64,000 nucleotides of DNA from positions 7,502,001-7,566,000 of the forward strand of contig JAYWIR010000001.1 of NCBI GenBank assembly GCA_036172245.1. Direction: 5' to 3'. The DNA comes from Raillietiella orientalis. Its lineage: Eukaryota. The translations under genes were made by a program, and so were the position numbers. This document shows positions 28,517-42,239 of this stretch, in pieces. Numbering within the stretch: position 1 is the stretch's first letter; each line of letters opens with the position of its first letter. The notes under the pieces were generated by a model. It saw only the letters and a list, made by a program, of their open reading frames with translations, did not search any database and was not told where the DNA came from.

Positions 28517-31500
28517 ATTTTTTGCAACATTCCCAAAGTGACGGATTTTTATAAGCGCTGTGAAAAGAATAATATGTTTTTAAATTAAGCTTTCTTTTGT
28601 TTTATGTGATTCGCCGTTTCACTCGCACAGTTTGATGCAGATTGCGTGAACAACAAGTTTGTGTTATGTCCAAGCATTACCCGGAATATCTGCATATATC
28701 AAACCAAAGTACCATCGTAGCTTTGGAAAGTTGGCAGCTGTTTCGAAGAAGAAGAAAAAAATCGAATCTCACTCGCCAAAAAAAGTTGTTTTGCGATTTT
28801 TAAAGCAAAAGAACTGTTGCTGTTTTTTTTTGTCTTTCCCCCTGTAGCTTTCCGTTTTTCATAGGCCATTGTACAAAGCTCATAATAGAAGTGGTAACAT
28901 ACTGCAGAAGCAAACCCCCGGGGCACGAAGGCGGGGTTTGCTTTCTGTCATCGGTGATGCAGATTTCTTTGCTTCTTTTGCCATCGCAGTCTCTTTCCAC
29001 ATCATCATTTTTAAAAAATCTATATCAACAGTAATGCAAAAGTTTACGATCGGTGAAGGTTTAGGCCATCATGGGGAATAGCGAAAGTACTTTCTATGTT
29101 CAGTAGAGCTTTGGAAAGATGGTTGTTTGGGAGAAGGCAAGAATTGGAACCTTATCGGGGCCTTCATCAGTGATTTATCGGTGTCTGCGCATTCGACGTG
29201 TTTTTTGGAACGTTGGCAGAAGAAACTGTCGTCGTATTTTGTATTCGTGTACAAAATCGAGCAAATTGGAACGTTCGTTAGGAAAACGCTCGCGAGGACA
29301 TGACCTCGAATCCTGAATCTCAAAACCTGTGTGTTCCCTGAGATTCCTGCGCCGCGGAGGATCCCGAGTGCACCGACAAGAGTCGCAAGAGCGTAAACGA
29401 AGAACTCGTCGATAGACGACGTAGGTTCGACCAAAGTCGGGATCTTTCGTGGAGTAAGAGGGAAGGATTGCACGAAGCCCCGGCTGAAGGGGATCCAAAT
29501 TTCGCGCCATCCAAGTCGGTCCGACCTGAAGGGATCTCCCGTGAAACTCCTGAGTAAGATTCCTTCCTCAGGGAACAGACCTTTCCGAAGAGATGGACAA
29601 ACTCCTCGACTTTCCCTCTGGCGCGTGTATGGGTGGCGCTTCGGTGAATCCTGGACGTCGACGCAAAGCGAGTTTCTCGCAAAATCGAACTCCGTTGCTC
29701 CCATTCACCTCTCCTTGCCGTGGGTTCCCGTCGGTTTGCTGAGCACACCTAGATGGGTGCGTTCCGGGTGGTACCACACGGGAAGGCTACCAGCAGGAAG
29801 ACGGAAGCCAATAGCGCCACCGCCTGTGAGAAAGCGCTGCACAGCACGTCATTCGTGGAAAAGTACATAAATCACGGGCGTAATTATTGTTCTTAATAGG
29901 GTCTGCCTAGAGTGGCAGACCCTCCGTTCCCTTGATATTCTTCTAGGCAGCGTTATTAAAGCAGCAAGCGTAATCTGCACGTAGGATAGACCGCTCTTCA
30001 AAACCACTCCACATGCAGATTGCCCTTGATGCAAGGAAATCCAGGACCTTAACTGCGGATGACGTTTTCATTCGTTGGGCATTTGGCACGGAACTCATCT
30101 TCCGTCTCGTCGGAAACTGTTTATGCACAAACGCTCCCGTTTGGATCACGTGAATGTTTTGAAGATTGTAATTTAACCGGGAAGCGCTGAGCACCGAGCA
30201 ATGCCTTTTTTGCCTGTGAGCTTTCTGCCAGCTGATAGCGACGACCGCGGTGCGGCATCCCTACAGTAACACTCCTTAGGAGGAGTCATCGAAATATTGC
30301 TTGGAATATTTCCAAGAGGCCGTTTACCAAAATTGTCTCGAAAGATGTGAGTGGCTTTTCGAAAGGTAGAACGAGCAGTTTCCAGAATCAGCAATCAGGG
30401 GAGCATACGCACGGGACAGGAAAAAAAAAAAAAAGACTCTCTGATTAGAAACTCAAGCGTGCTGCACGTTGTGATCTTTTGGGTCACCAAAGTTTCCTTA
30501 TACAGTTCGCTGAATTGCTTTCGAACATTCGTTGTTCGGCGTGGGTCAGCACCGGATGGGAACGCCTGCAGTGATCAGCTATGCACACAACGAGGAGGTG
30601 GGCATCCAGTTGCCTGCAGGCATCTCGGATTCCGGTGTCGTTTGTCCCACAATTTCGATTTGGAAGAAGAAAACGCGCGGGCAATCGCCCGTTCCGCCCA
30701 AACTCGAAAAAAAGTGGCCATGGAAAACTGGGACTCCGAAGTGTGATCGGACGGAAATGGATCCAAAGCTTCGAAACGAAGTGTTCTATGCATCCACGTC
30801 TGCAGCTGTGGATATGTGGGCTGTGAGATGGTACAGTTACAGTGAATCGCGGAACAACTCGACTTTGCTAGTAACGTGTAGTTCACGTCCAAGACACGTA
30901 AGGAGAACCTCATGATTCGTACCGATGCGGGAGGAGGCGTCTGGAGCAAGCATTCTGCAACCCGGGCTACCGACTACCGAACTCGAAACATCAAAACCAG
31001 GCGTTTTCCGTCTTTGTGAGCCCAGACCGAGGGTTCTCGTGTCACAAAACGCGTTTGAAGGCACCAAACGTGTTTTCCGTCCTGAGCACATCTGAGCTTA
31101 CTGTGACCTGAAACATGTTGATGCTCGTATCGTACATCACAATAGCGGCAGCATGCTAATGTTCGCATACGGCGTGGCAAATGTGTTGTCTTCTTCTGAC
31201 CTCCGTCTCCCATGGTGTTTTGCCATTGTGTGTTCTCAAAATTCGATTTGCAGAGGAGTTGCATCCACTTCGTATCGGGTGGCTCATCAAACGTGAAGCG
31301 GAGCTACCAGTCATGTCGTTCAATTGCTGTTGGATGGATAAGTGGATGTTCGACCATTTTTCTCACCCTTCAGGAGATTTCGCGAATACCCTGAAGCAAC
31401 ATAAAAAAGGTCACGGTTGCATCTGCAAGATACGATCATTTAAGTATTCAGAGGAACGGCATGTACTTCGGCTTCTGGTTACGTGACATTCTTCTTTTTT

Positions 31501-31569
31501 CAGATAGAGGTCATTATCGGTACGCTCGTTGTGTCTTGAGCAAATCCGCGGTGTATTTAGGTACATGTG

Positions 31570-31644
31570 CAGACAAGTTGTGTATTTAATGGAGAGTATA
31601 AAGAGGATTTCTTTAAATTCTCTGTTAAATACACAAACTGTCTG
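31570..31644 (+). other. 75-nt imperfect hairpin (pre-miRNA-like or tiny foldback element)
   Basis: Arms 31570-31604 and 31610-31644 form a 35-position stem with 3 mismatches and 3 G:U pairs, and a 5-nt loop. Confidence 0.6.
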
Positions 31645-33174
31645 GCTTTATAAGAGAATTTCTTCCTCATAAAGGCTTATTCATGCAGTGTTTCAGGATG
31701 GCATTAAAAAAAACAGCGTTTGCAATGTTCCCAAGTCATTTCCTTAATTAAAGCTATGCATCAGTGAATTCGAAAAAGCTCGCTCTTTTTTTACCTTGCT
31801 TCAAAAGGGACCATTATTCATCAGCATTCATGAATCCCTAATTTTAATTTGAGGGTGTTCCCCCCCCCCCCTCGGTTAAGAGGGGTGATAGGAAGGTTTT
31901 TTTTTTCTCATCTGAGTTTTCCGTTTGGAACAGAAATAACCGATAATTCTTTCCCTCAGATTCTTTCCTTTTCCTTCAGATTTCTGAACCAAGTCCTAAG
32001 CATCATCCAGCTTCGTGATTTTCCATTTCATTTCATATGAGCTCGGAATGCGCCGACGAGTTTCATCTTAACCTTTTTCATCCAACATGGAAACATTTTC
32101 TGCGTGATGTCTTTCAGAATGCGTTCGAATTAAGAATAATTACACATCCCAAATGAGAACATTTTCTCTAAATCGCTAGAGCACTAATCTCAAACTGCTT
32201 CCATTTAAGTGTTTAAGTGAGGAGGTCGGAATCTCTGGTTATGCGTTGTCTGAATTGATGGGTACTTGAAAAGCGCAAGTTACAGCATCCTTATCCGGAT
32301 TTATTTGTCCAATAATCCGGATCCGCAAAATTGGCTGCAAGAATCATTATTATTATTATTTTCTAAGCATAATATGGCGTAACACCTGGTGGATTCTGTT
32401 TCTAGGAAGGCGTATGGGATGCAGCTTTTTGTACAGAGTCAGCATGTATTGCTTTTTTCAACGTCCTTGCCCTTTCAATCAGTGTCGGCGACCAAAATGC
32501 ATGCTTTTTATTCCATGAGGTTCTCTGGAAATGCTGTGCCGATAATTCGGCTGCTCAGGGCTTGGAATTAAAAAAAAAAAAAAAAAAAAGTAAGCAAACT
32601 GTAACGAACGTAATGTTGACGCAACTGAAATAGAGCCAAACCCAACAGCAAAAATAATTCAAAATTTCCGGGTCGGCATGGCAGCAGCAAAACGACTTCT
32701 ATAAAGAAGGAGTACTCCGGCGACCAATGGCTGCCAGAGAAAACCACATTTCGAAAATACTTCGAAACTCGAAGAGGACTGCGAGGTTGTCATGACGATT
32801 CCCCCCGTGCGACCTTGGGAGCAACTCGGATGAAGTTGGGATGAAAACGGAGTAAACTCGGATAAAGAATAACAGAGTTTAAAGTTTCGACAAGAGTGAT
32901 GGAGGAAGCTCAGCGCCTCAACGTCAGCGCTCAAAGTCAGCGCTATGTAAATAAGGAAATGTATTCGGATATTGAATAAAAGAGTTTTCCTTATCTGCTT
33001 GGTAGTCGACGAAAGTCAAAAAAGGATTCACACAAATCGGGAAAAAGTTCTAGAACCATTGATAGCTGGCGGCCAACTAGAAGGGAAATAAGGGTTAGCT
33101 AAATTGATAATACAAAGTTCCAAGTTGAGGCAACTTTTTCCTCTTGGTATTCATCATCAGCTGATTGACCATGG

Positions 33175-33461
33175 CAGCGTTTCCCAAACTGTCGATGAGT
33201 GTCCCCTGAAAAATTAGGAAAGTTGTTGATATATGTTTTTGTTTTTTAAATGCTCTAAATCTATTTTCATGTGTTTTGTTTTACCTAATTAAAATGTGAG
33301 AATCAGTGCCTGTTTTGTTTTCTCGACTCTCATATTTACTCGCTTACTTTGTTTACTGTTAATTATCTACCTGTCCTGTGAGATAACCAAGGTATTACTA
33401 TGCCATTGAAATTCCAGGACCTGTGAAGTGTTCCGTCACGGGGAGAGCTTGGGGAACGCTG
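33175..33461. mobile_element. Non-autonomous hAT (Buster/Charlie-type) MITE, 287 bp
   Basis: TIRs are CAGCGTTTCCCAAACT and (reverse complement) CAGCGTTCCCCAAGCT. The 8-bp TSD is GACCATGG (33167-33174) / GACCACGG (33462-33469). AT-rich non-coding interior. Confidence 0.85.
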
Positions 33462-35899
33462 GACCACGGAATCGAAACGCAGCTTTCCTATTTCCAAGTT
33501 TGGTCATGAGCTCATTTTGCTCGTTTGTTCCTGTCCTGCTCCTTCCCGGGAACACCAGACTGTGGCACCATCCATCTTTCCATCCGACTTTTTGGACTGT
33601 AACCACAACAGGGCACCTTATAAAGAAGAATGAGTGCCATTTTAATAACATTAAGCATCCCTCGGCCACGAAAATCATTGACGAGCAAAAGCAATTCAAT
33701 TAATTCGTTTACCTTATGGCATAGCAAACAAGCCGTTGCCAGGCTTTGGTTCCGATGATTGCCACGAAAGGAAAGAAAAAAAATATAAATCAGCTAATCA
33801 GATTTCCACACACACACACGCACGCAACGAATGCCAAATCCACTCAAAGAAAATTCCTCCGGTTGAAAATCGCACGTGTGTGTCCCCAAAACTTGAAGGT
33901 CACTCTTTTAGAGTAGTTGGAAATGAAATGAGTTGGCTCGGGTCATTGCGAGTGACGAATTCCCTTTTCCATCTTGAAATGAACTTGCGAAATAATTCCG
34001 AAGCTGTCGGTACTTGGAAATTTCCCTCTACATTCTTCTGCTGGATTACCGAGATGAGCGTGGATTCAGCTCCTCCTATTTTTTTTTTTTTTTTAAATCA
34101 ATCTTTAATGACCTGCCAAACGTTAGCAGATATTAGCCATACGTCCCCACCATATATTCGGTCATCTATTACTTACCTTCTCCTGCAAATCCACTGCCCG
34201 AGTAGCACAATAAATATTGATGGGGAGTACAGAGGGGAGGGGGGGAAGGGTCCGAGCCATCAAAATAACTCGAGAAAATTTCACCCATGAAGCAACTGAC
34301 AGAATCTTTCGCATTCGATGTCCCTCGCCCACTTCTCTTCGAAATGCTTTAAGCAAACAGCGATTTCTCTTCCCTCTTTGAACGGCTTTGCATTTTTATC
34401 TCGACCATTCTTTTCAAGCAAATGCAAAGCGTCCAAGAGCACAGGAGTTGTGTTTGCTTATGGGATTCCATGACTGAATCAGGAACGAGGATGATGTAAA
34501 ATCGGCTTTGGACTGATTGATTGCATGATGTTCATGACTGACGGTGAATACTTTGAGGTTCGGAGTTCCTTAGAAGTTAGAATGATTCTGAACCAATCAC
34601 GCCGAATCCCATGGGCTTCCACTCTGAAGCGTCTTTGGCATGCAGAATACGAAAAGGAAGGAAGAAATTCCGCCTCGTATTTGCCTGCAAGACAGCATCG
34701 GTTCCTCGATAATTCTCGCGCAAAAATCAAGTTGGTCCATCGAATCTGTGAATCGCGCAGATGTACGAATATGTTAAGTGAGGTCTTTTTGCCACAGTCT
34801 TCATCGGTGCCTCTCGGGCGCGTTTCGTGAATGGCATACGGAAAAAAGACAGGAGACCCGGAAACATAACCGCATCAACACGGATCAAAAATACATTAAG
34901 GAGGGAAAGAGGGGGAGGGTGGGGGGATCGAAACCAAGAGGAAGGAATAAAATGTTGCGCCTTGCTTCAAGAGCTCGATGGCAGAGGAATACGCTCCGTT
35001 CCATGCAATGTGAGATCCTCCAGCAACAAACAGGAAAGACGAAATGCAGGTTCCATGTATAAACCCAGGAAGCCTTATGGGCAGAATGAGGGTATGATCA
35101 CACCCTTAGTTGGGAAGAAATCAGGGTCCCCGTCACATCACCAGTAAACTGCTGTAAACAGGCTTTCCAATTGCTACAATGTCAAACGATCGGTGCAGTA
35201 AAAGAAAGCTACGAACGAGCTTGTCAAGTTTCCCAGAATGCTTGGAATATTTCATCATAAAGGTCACGCCTGCGCCTCCAAAAATCTTCCAGGTCCCATT
35301 CCATGGACCACATCAAACTAAATGAGCCTCGATTCGAGGAAACTTTGCGGACCGTCCCGATGTACTGAGAGGTCGATTAATAATGGAAGTCCCGCTCGAG
35401 CTGCATGTACGAGATTGTACAATTAAATCCACACCATAACAAATGTTCTCTGTGTAGGCGGCTTCGGAATCGAGTGCTCAGATAATCGGAACATCATTTC
35501 GGAGGTTGGCACTCTTCAGGATCCATAGAAGCGTGATCAATTAAGCAAATCGAAATCTCGATGGAACTGTTAATTAAGCTGTCATTATAGCGCCGAAAGT
35601 GTGTTATCACATTCCGTAATCCAAATCACTAAACTAGCTAATCAGGAACGACCGAATTTAAGGTCATTTTAATCATTTGTGCTTACACGCACTTTCCTGA
35701 CTAAGGGAGTCACAGGGAAGCAACGATCAACACTTAGGGACACGGTACACTTTCGTTGGATGCTGCTGAGAAGAAAACCAGGGCAGAGATCCAATGCTTG
35801 CCATGATTAACCTGGGGAGATGCTTGCTCATCCTTTCTTCAAAAATAATACCGGCAGCTATTATCCAGCTCCCCCGGAAACGTCAGCAGCCAAACGTTA

Positions 35900-38800
35900 T
35901 CGCCTTGCTCTCCCGTGATTTGCTTCCAGATGGCCATACAACGGCTGACCCAGCTTTTACCCACAGTTCGCATGCTTCTTCGAAAGCACTTGCCCCAAAG
36001 TCAGTTTCGCTCCCCCAGCCTCATCGCGATGCCCCCAGCCAGGACTAGGGTGAGAAAATGACTCTTTCACTTCAGACTGCTTGCCTTAACACTCTGCTCT
36101 GAATAAACGCCGGACCACCACCGTCCAAGACACAACCAAGACAGACTGAACACTTATCACACTTGACCCTTCCCGAGGTGCAACTTTCCAAAGTCGCACA
36201 CTACCCAATGTCGGTCGTTTCAGGATTGTGTTGCATTTTGAGGACGAAAGCCTGACGCCACTAGGAGACATGTCAGCCATGGCCAACGCTCCGATCCTTC
36301 GGATACATCAACCTCTTAAGCGAGTTCGACGTTTTGCGAAGGCGCCGCCGTGGTGCGCCTGACGGATGCACGCGCGGCGGTGTGGGTGTGTGGGCGGGAA
36401 ATGGCGCCCTGCAGTCAGACCACGAAGGTTTAGCAGAAAAAAGCGGAAACGACCTGCAACTTGTTGGTGTATTTCTTCTCCTATTCTGACCGGGACTGCA
36501 GTGTGCAATGACCTCATCCATTTTTGATCAAACCATGCTTCAAGTGATGTAAGGCGTGCCAACGAAACAAAAAATTCTCCTTCCATTTTCTTTTTCCATG
36601 TTGGCTTTGTTTGCATTACTTCTACGCTATTGAAGCTCTGCTTGAGGAACATACGAATATTCCCTCAACTAAGGCGTCAAGCGAGCAAGAAGTGATCCGT
36701 GTAAGATGTAAACGTAAACTCAGTTTTTTCTGGAAGGCCTGTGCCACAATTCCATGCACCTGGAGAAGCAAGAAGTGCTTGCTTCATTCTTCATTGAATT
36801 TTCGCATAAGAAACTGCTAATATCCGCAATTGTGAAACGGACTAATTTTCGTGCAAGGCAAATTCATTCTTTGAGGAAACGACCAAGGATGAGAAATTGG
36901 CGTCCAGCAAACAACACAGAAATGAGGTGTTTCGTCTCCATGTGGACACCGCAAGAGATCGCCAGAAAGCCAAAACTTGAACTGCATTTCCCTAACAGAG
37001 AAAGTGCACCCTTTCTTTAGCGAGGAGATGAAGGGTCTTCTCGTCCCTTAAATTCATTTTGGATTTTTCACTAGAACATTAAATTCAAAACCACAGTCTC
37101 ATCACAGATTTCTGTTGCCTTGCAAATTGCTCCATGCCGAAGGCAGCAAAGACATGACTTCAAGAAGCAGAATTTCCGAGATTGAGACTCTTTGGACGAT
37201 GGATGCAAATCCTTGGACATTCCCGAACCAGGCAGTTGCGCCGACGAATCCCTGTCGTTGTGGAAAGGGCGATCGTCTCGGAGGGAGTACACATGGCTTC
37301 TAAAAGGAGTCGTTCGGGAATGGAATTTTTTGTCTTATGGGAAAGTCGATCTGCAGAGATTTGGGATTTCTGCGCATACGTTGGCAAACACGCGGTCAAA
37401 ATGATCCTCCATGTGTGGCCGCGACTCGCAGCGTCCTCGAACCGCCTCCAGACCTATTGGGCCAGGGATAGAAATTCTATTTGGATCACTGTATTAAACT
37501 ATGTACTTGTAAGACAGACACCATTAGTACAATGCGACAGCAGAGACTTGGTATTCCCGGAGGTATGAAAACAACTTCTCTAAATGAAAGGTCAGTACAT
37601 TGCAAGACGTAACAACAAAGTCGTGTTCTTGAAGTGGCGGGAAAAAAGGGATGTTCCTCGGCACAACGTGCGTGGCGCCAATGTGGTGGAAACGGAGAAA
37701 CGGGGTGTGGTAAAAAGGAGTGGCTTTTGGCTATGGGGAAAAGATGGGTGGGGTGGACAGAAGCGATGGTACAATGGCCAGCATACACGCTGGCAAGAAA
37801 GAGGCAGAAGAAGTGTTACAGGAAAATATTTCTCCATCGTTTAGACGTTACGTGCTGCGATTCGTATTTACGATGTGGGAAAAACAACGGAAAACGAAAT
37901 GGATTCCATTTTGGCTGGAATGCATGGAACCAATTCTTGAGGAATCTCCAGCTCCAGGAACTGTGGCGACCAACTAGCTGTAACTGCCAAGCCCATGCAC
38001 GTCTCATCAGGACACTTTCTCCAAATTTCACACCGTGTGCACCATCGAAAACGAGTGCATCGCGAGGATGCATCGTGTGGTGTTCAAAAAATGGCATGGA
38101 AACACGATGTTGGTTCTGAGCCCGTGAGGTGCCACTTTGCGTCGTATCCTTGAAAACTATCATACTGCAAAACCAGAGTGACTGTTTTCGTTTTTCTTAG
38201 GTATGGAGTTTCCGATTTTCCGTACAGTAACGGAATTTTTATGAATAAATTATGTTTTCTTGTATTTTTCCATTGACATTTACACCAGATTCGTTTGCTG
38301 TGCGTTTGACGTATCTGCTCGTTTTCGCCGATTCGAATTAGGCACCCACGGGTAGACTCTGGAAAAGAACTGAACTCGCCTAACCGGTTCAAGACAATGC
38401 CGACACACGAAACACACGAGCCAGAAGTGAATCACAACACTCCATGGAAAATGAAAGCATCACACGAAACCAACACTCCGACTCTGTTAACCTATCGCCT
38501 CCCCATGAACAGCATACCACAATAGCGATTCATGTTATGCGTGAGCATCCCCCAAATGGGCACTCTTCATGGCGCAACAGCTCGCATCTGTCCTGCACCT
38601 CGTGTCACGACGGCCTGGTCAGCGAGCTCGTCGGCAACATGCTGGTGGGCAAGGCTTGTGGTCGAACCGCCGCAGACGGCGACGACCAGTCGGCAACGAG
38701 GACCGCGAGACCGCAGCCAGCGACCGGCCGACGTACACGGCGGACGGCACAGCCAACGGCTAGAGGACTTCGTTGTCGAGCGCAGACAGCTGCTGAACAG
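35900..38800 (+). pseudogene. Probable Gypsy-like LTR-retrotransposon integrase relic split by the piggyBac at 36308-38391
   Basis: Left of the piggyBac: TTADPAFTHSS...PQPHRD...GEKMTLSLQTA (DNGPxF...PxHPxSNGxAER-like). Right of it: ADTRNTRARS...LSPPHEQH...GHSSWRNSSHL...RTRRTAQP/RLEDFVV (typical integrase C-terminal tail). Confidence 0.45.
36308..38391 (+). mobile_element. Decayed piggyBac (PGBD4-like) DNA transposon with degenerate TIRs
   Basis: Frameshifted transposase: IVKRTNFRARQ..WRPANNTEMRCF; CADESLSLWKGR; SKRSRSGMEFFVLWES..IWDFCAYVGK; ARRNNKVVFLKWREKRDV; MGGVDRSD; RKRQKKCYRKIFLHRLD; Cys-rich tail ending VPLC. Ends TCAA-CCTCTTAAGCGAGTTC (36308) and GAACTCGCCTAACCGG-TTCA (38391) are inverted, with decayed TTAA sites. 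Confidence 0.85.
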
Positions 38801-40276
38801 CAGCAGCAGCAGCAGCGAGCACCCTTCTCCAGTGAAGCCAGGGGAAGCGAGTATTTCTGGCTCGCGTGGTGGCGTAGGTCTGGAGACGTTGCACCTGCAG
38901 CTGGTGGTCGTTCATCTTCGACGAACCAATTTGTGGTTCGGTTGTCATTATTACCCAGTCGTAAAAACGTTTTCCTCCTACCTACTCTCAGCCAGTCGTG
39001 ATCGGGTTGCCAGTCTGCAAGTACGAGCAAATAACGGTTGCAGATGGTTTCGTGTTTGGCGTCGAAAATAATGCCATCCCTCAGCTGTTCGAGAAAGTCT
39101 CCTCGGATGACTCTCGTTATTGTAAGCGTACGCTGTGTCGGCTTCCTTCTGAAAGTCGAGCAGCAGACTCTTTTTGGAGAGAACAAAAGCACTTACACGA
39201 AGCACTTTTCCACCAAGTCAAGAAGGAGCCATATAAGAGGTTCGCTTCCAAGATGTGATGGCGTGTGTCCGGCTGCCAGTCTTTCAGTGACAAGTTTCTC
39301 GTGGGGCTGGGGACATTGAAAGGTCCTCACAGCCTTAGGCATCCCTCCACAAAGTTTGTGCTTGCAACTCGGGCCTTATGCTTCGCGTCCAATATTGCAC
39401 TTCCTTCCGGGTGGAGGGCGTCCACACCGAAGCCTGGTTTGCACTATTACCACTCTTTCTCATTGAACCTCCCAGGTCTCCTTGCAACTCGATAGCAAAT
39501 ACGTCTTTTCAAATCTGCTTTCAAATCAGAATTTTCATGGCCCAAGTCCGCATTTATCTCAACAACCAAAGTTAATTTGGGAAAATTGTGCCCTTTAGCA
39601 ATTATCTTCGTCCTGATGATGATGTTATCCTCTTCCTTTAACTCGAAGTCAATGACATCACTAGCCTACTCCTGATCGCTGCTTATAACTGCAGCCTTTG
39701 AGTTTGGTATTCATTTCACCATTCCTTCGAGAAAGCTTTCGATTCGCAACCATAGATAGAGTGGCAATGACTGTTTAGTTTGGGGCAATCAGAACATTTT
39801 TCTGGAAGCGTCTATTGATAAGAGCAGTGATAACACAAAAGGGCGTTCCTTCTCTTGTGTTATGTAAGACAAACTGCGCAATTTGAGCAGGAATCTCTTT
39901 ATGCACACTTTTTACAAACCTGTGCGTACCCTCTTCGGTTTGGAAAAAGCATTACCTGCTGTTCCCTTCCCCTCCTCCCTCCTCCCTTCCTTCCTCCCAT
40001 GGTTTGTTTTGTGCTTCAAAAAGCTCATTGGGAATCCACTTCTTGCAAATAAATGAGGCTTATACCGGATGTGCCGTCCCGAAAGGAAAGGGACAGAATC
40101 GAGGACGCTGGGTGCATAACTAGAGAGGAATAGAGGGAGAGGAGGAACGGCCAGTGGCTAAATAAATAGGAAATGATGTGGACCAGACTCACAGTAATGA
40201 ATTATGATCCCTCAGGCCCTGCATCCTCCTGCTCACTACTTTAATAAGTGGAGATGCTGTATCCCTAGATCGCTTA

Positions 40277-40858
40277 GTGAGCTTTACCAGCCAGAGAGCT
40301 CCAGGAACAGAATCCCTCTTGCGACCAGACCTAGCACTGAAGAAAGGAAATCGAACAATAGTGCTGGACATCAGCTGCCCATCCGATAGTGGAAAAGAGG
40401 CATTCATCACAGCTGGGGGGAACAAGCTGGAAAAATATAAGGAAGTAGCCCTCCAGCTAAGCAGAAAGGGAAGCGCTCTCATCGTTTGGCTTACTGGGGG
40501 GGGAGGGGGACCTGGGACCCAGGTAACGAGGAAGTGCTGCATGATCGTGGGGTTCCTGAAAAGCACTCGGGGAGGATGGGCCACCGGATGGTGGCTTCTT
40601 GCATCCGGGACTCCGGGGACATCTACTCGGCCCACGTCACGGGAGGGACAACACGAGAGAGTGAAACTCAGGTGCAACCGGAAAATCCCAGCGGTCGGCA
40701 CTCGCTGGACGGAGGGCAGAACGCTGAGGAAGCAAGAGGTTGAAGGGCAGCGAGCGTCCCAGATGGACAGATGTGAAATCTCGGAAGAGTGCGAAGAGCT
40801 TCCTTCCCCCCTGTAAAGCGATGTCAAATTGTAAATTCCCTGACTGTAATTCCCACTT
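40277..40858 (+). mobile_element. 5'-truncated Utopia/NeSL-like (R2-superfamily) retrotransposon: restriction-like endonuclease and C-terminus
   Basis: LRPDLALKKGNRTIVLDISCPSDSGKEAFITAGGNKLEKY (PD-D and K..KY RLE motifs), then after a frameshift GTWDPGNEEVL...MVASCIRDSGDIYSAHVTG, resembling the Utopia-type SRDIYxEHxTG end. Confidence 0.8.
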
Positions 40859-42239
40859 TTAACCCTCTATAGTCCGAATTCTTTTCACGGCTATAAAAAA
40901 ATTTACGTAACGTGAAATTAACAAATATCAACCTCTAAATACAAATTAATAATGAATTCAGTAGTTTAAATGACTTTATTACAACGGCATCTGCACTTGG
41001 GCTTGTAAAAGCTTAAGCATGGAATTCCATAAAACAGTTTGTGCTTGGCGTCAAACGGTATCATTTGTTCATCATCAGCACAGCGGCGTTCACCCATCGG
41101 AATATGATTGAAATTTTTAAACAATTTTGTCGGGAACAGGTCTTATTTTTTGTAATTTGTCGATGCCCTCTGAATCATTTGTATTCGCCTCCAAATTGGT
41201 CCTAAGATGTGTTTTGGATTGTATTTTTTTCCCATCGCGCACATCCATCGCATCCTCAATTGCAGATCTCTCCATCTCTCTGATCTCCAACACATTTCAG
41301 ACCTTGGCAACCCCTAAGTTGACATGAAAAAACAACAACCAAAGAATCGTTCTATTTCATTGGATGAAACGCCCATGGGTTTTGCTGGATCACGTTGCAG
41401 TGCATATGTATAAGTATGGCCAACTAAATTACTTATGATTTCGTCATCAAATGATTTTCGGAAATAGGTCATAGGAGAGAGGGGTGCTTAGGGATCTTCA
41501 GGACAACTTCCTTTCCAAGGAAGACGAAGGCCGTTTTTCGGATGGGATGCTGGTTGCCAAGAAATTTTTTTGCGATTTCTAATTCTCATCATCGGATGAT
41601 GAATCCCCACTAAATTCATCCTCGCTATCTATAATATTTAAACGTCGTCGGGTAAACTCTATTGGCTGATCTTCGTCCGAGCCGGATTCAAGGATATAAA
41701 GAATCCAAGGATCTAATACCGCTAATGCTTCTTATGCTTACTCTTTTATTTTTGGATTATGCTTTGGTATTTATACTTTAGGCCTCAAGTCTTTAGGTGT
41801 ATTAACCTCAAAAAGAAAACGAGAGCGTTATCGCAAATACACCGAACCTCACATCATAGCTCATTGTGACTCGAAAATCACAAGCTATATATCATGTGAA
41901 CATAATAACAAAATGACTGTTTAAATGCAAACAAATAAGAGATTATTCATGTACAGACCAAGAACTATTACGTAGGCTTTTTCTTGTTTATCAAAACACC
42001 TACAGAACAAAAAATGATGGCAACTGCTCAGGATGGCTCTTGCAACTTTCATCCACAGACAACTTGGCAAAAGCATTTACCTCGATATCTCGGGTTAAAG
42101 TCGATATCCGTTACCGAGACTGTTACTGCTTACCAAGGAGACGTTATACAACAAGATATGCGATAAAATATTAAATTCATCGATAAGATCTCTATATAGT
42201 AGTATGTCACGTCAAAGTCCCACCAGCCTATAGAGTTAA
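40859..42239 (-). mobile_element. Internally deleted piggyBac relic
   Basis: TTAA-CCCTCTATAG at 40859 and CTATAGAG-TTAA ending at 42239. The minus strand carries an acidic N-terminus (DSEDEFSGDSSSDDE) and DKLQKIRPVPDKIV..FNHIPMGERRCADDEQMIPFDAKH (piggyBac KIRP...DEQMIPFKG motif). Confidence 0.75.

Noticed and set aside
29069-29704. 211-aa minus-strand ORF
   Set aside because: No recognisable motif or exon structure; cannot be supported as a gene.
32281-32325. TACAG...TTATCCGGA with a short inverted repeat, pogo/Tigger-end-like
   Set aside because: No matching opposite terminus found.
38940-39120. Minus-strand peptide DWLRVGRRKTFLR resembling myosin GxTKVFLR
   Set aside because: A single weak motif with no other myosin exons.
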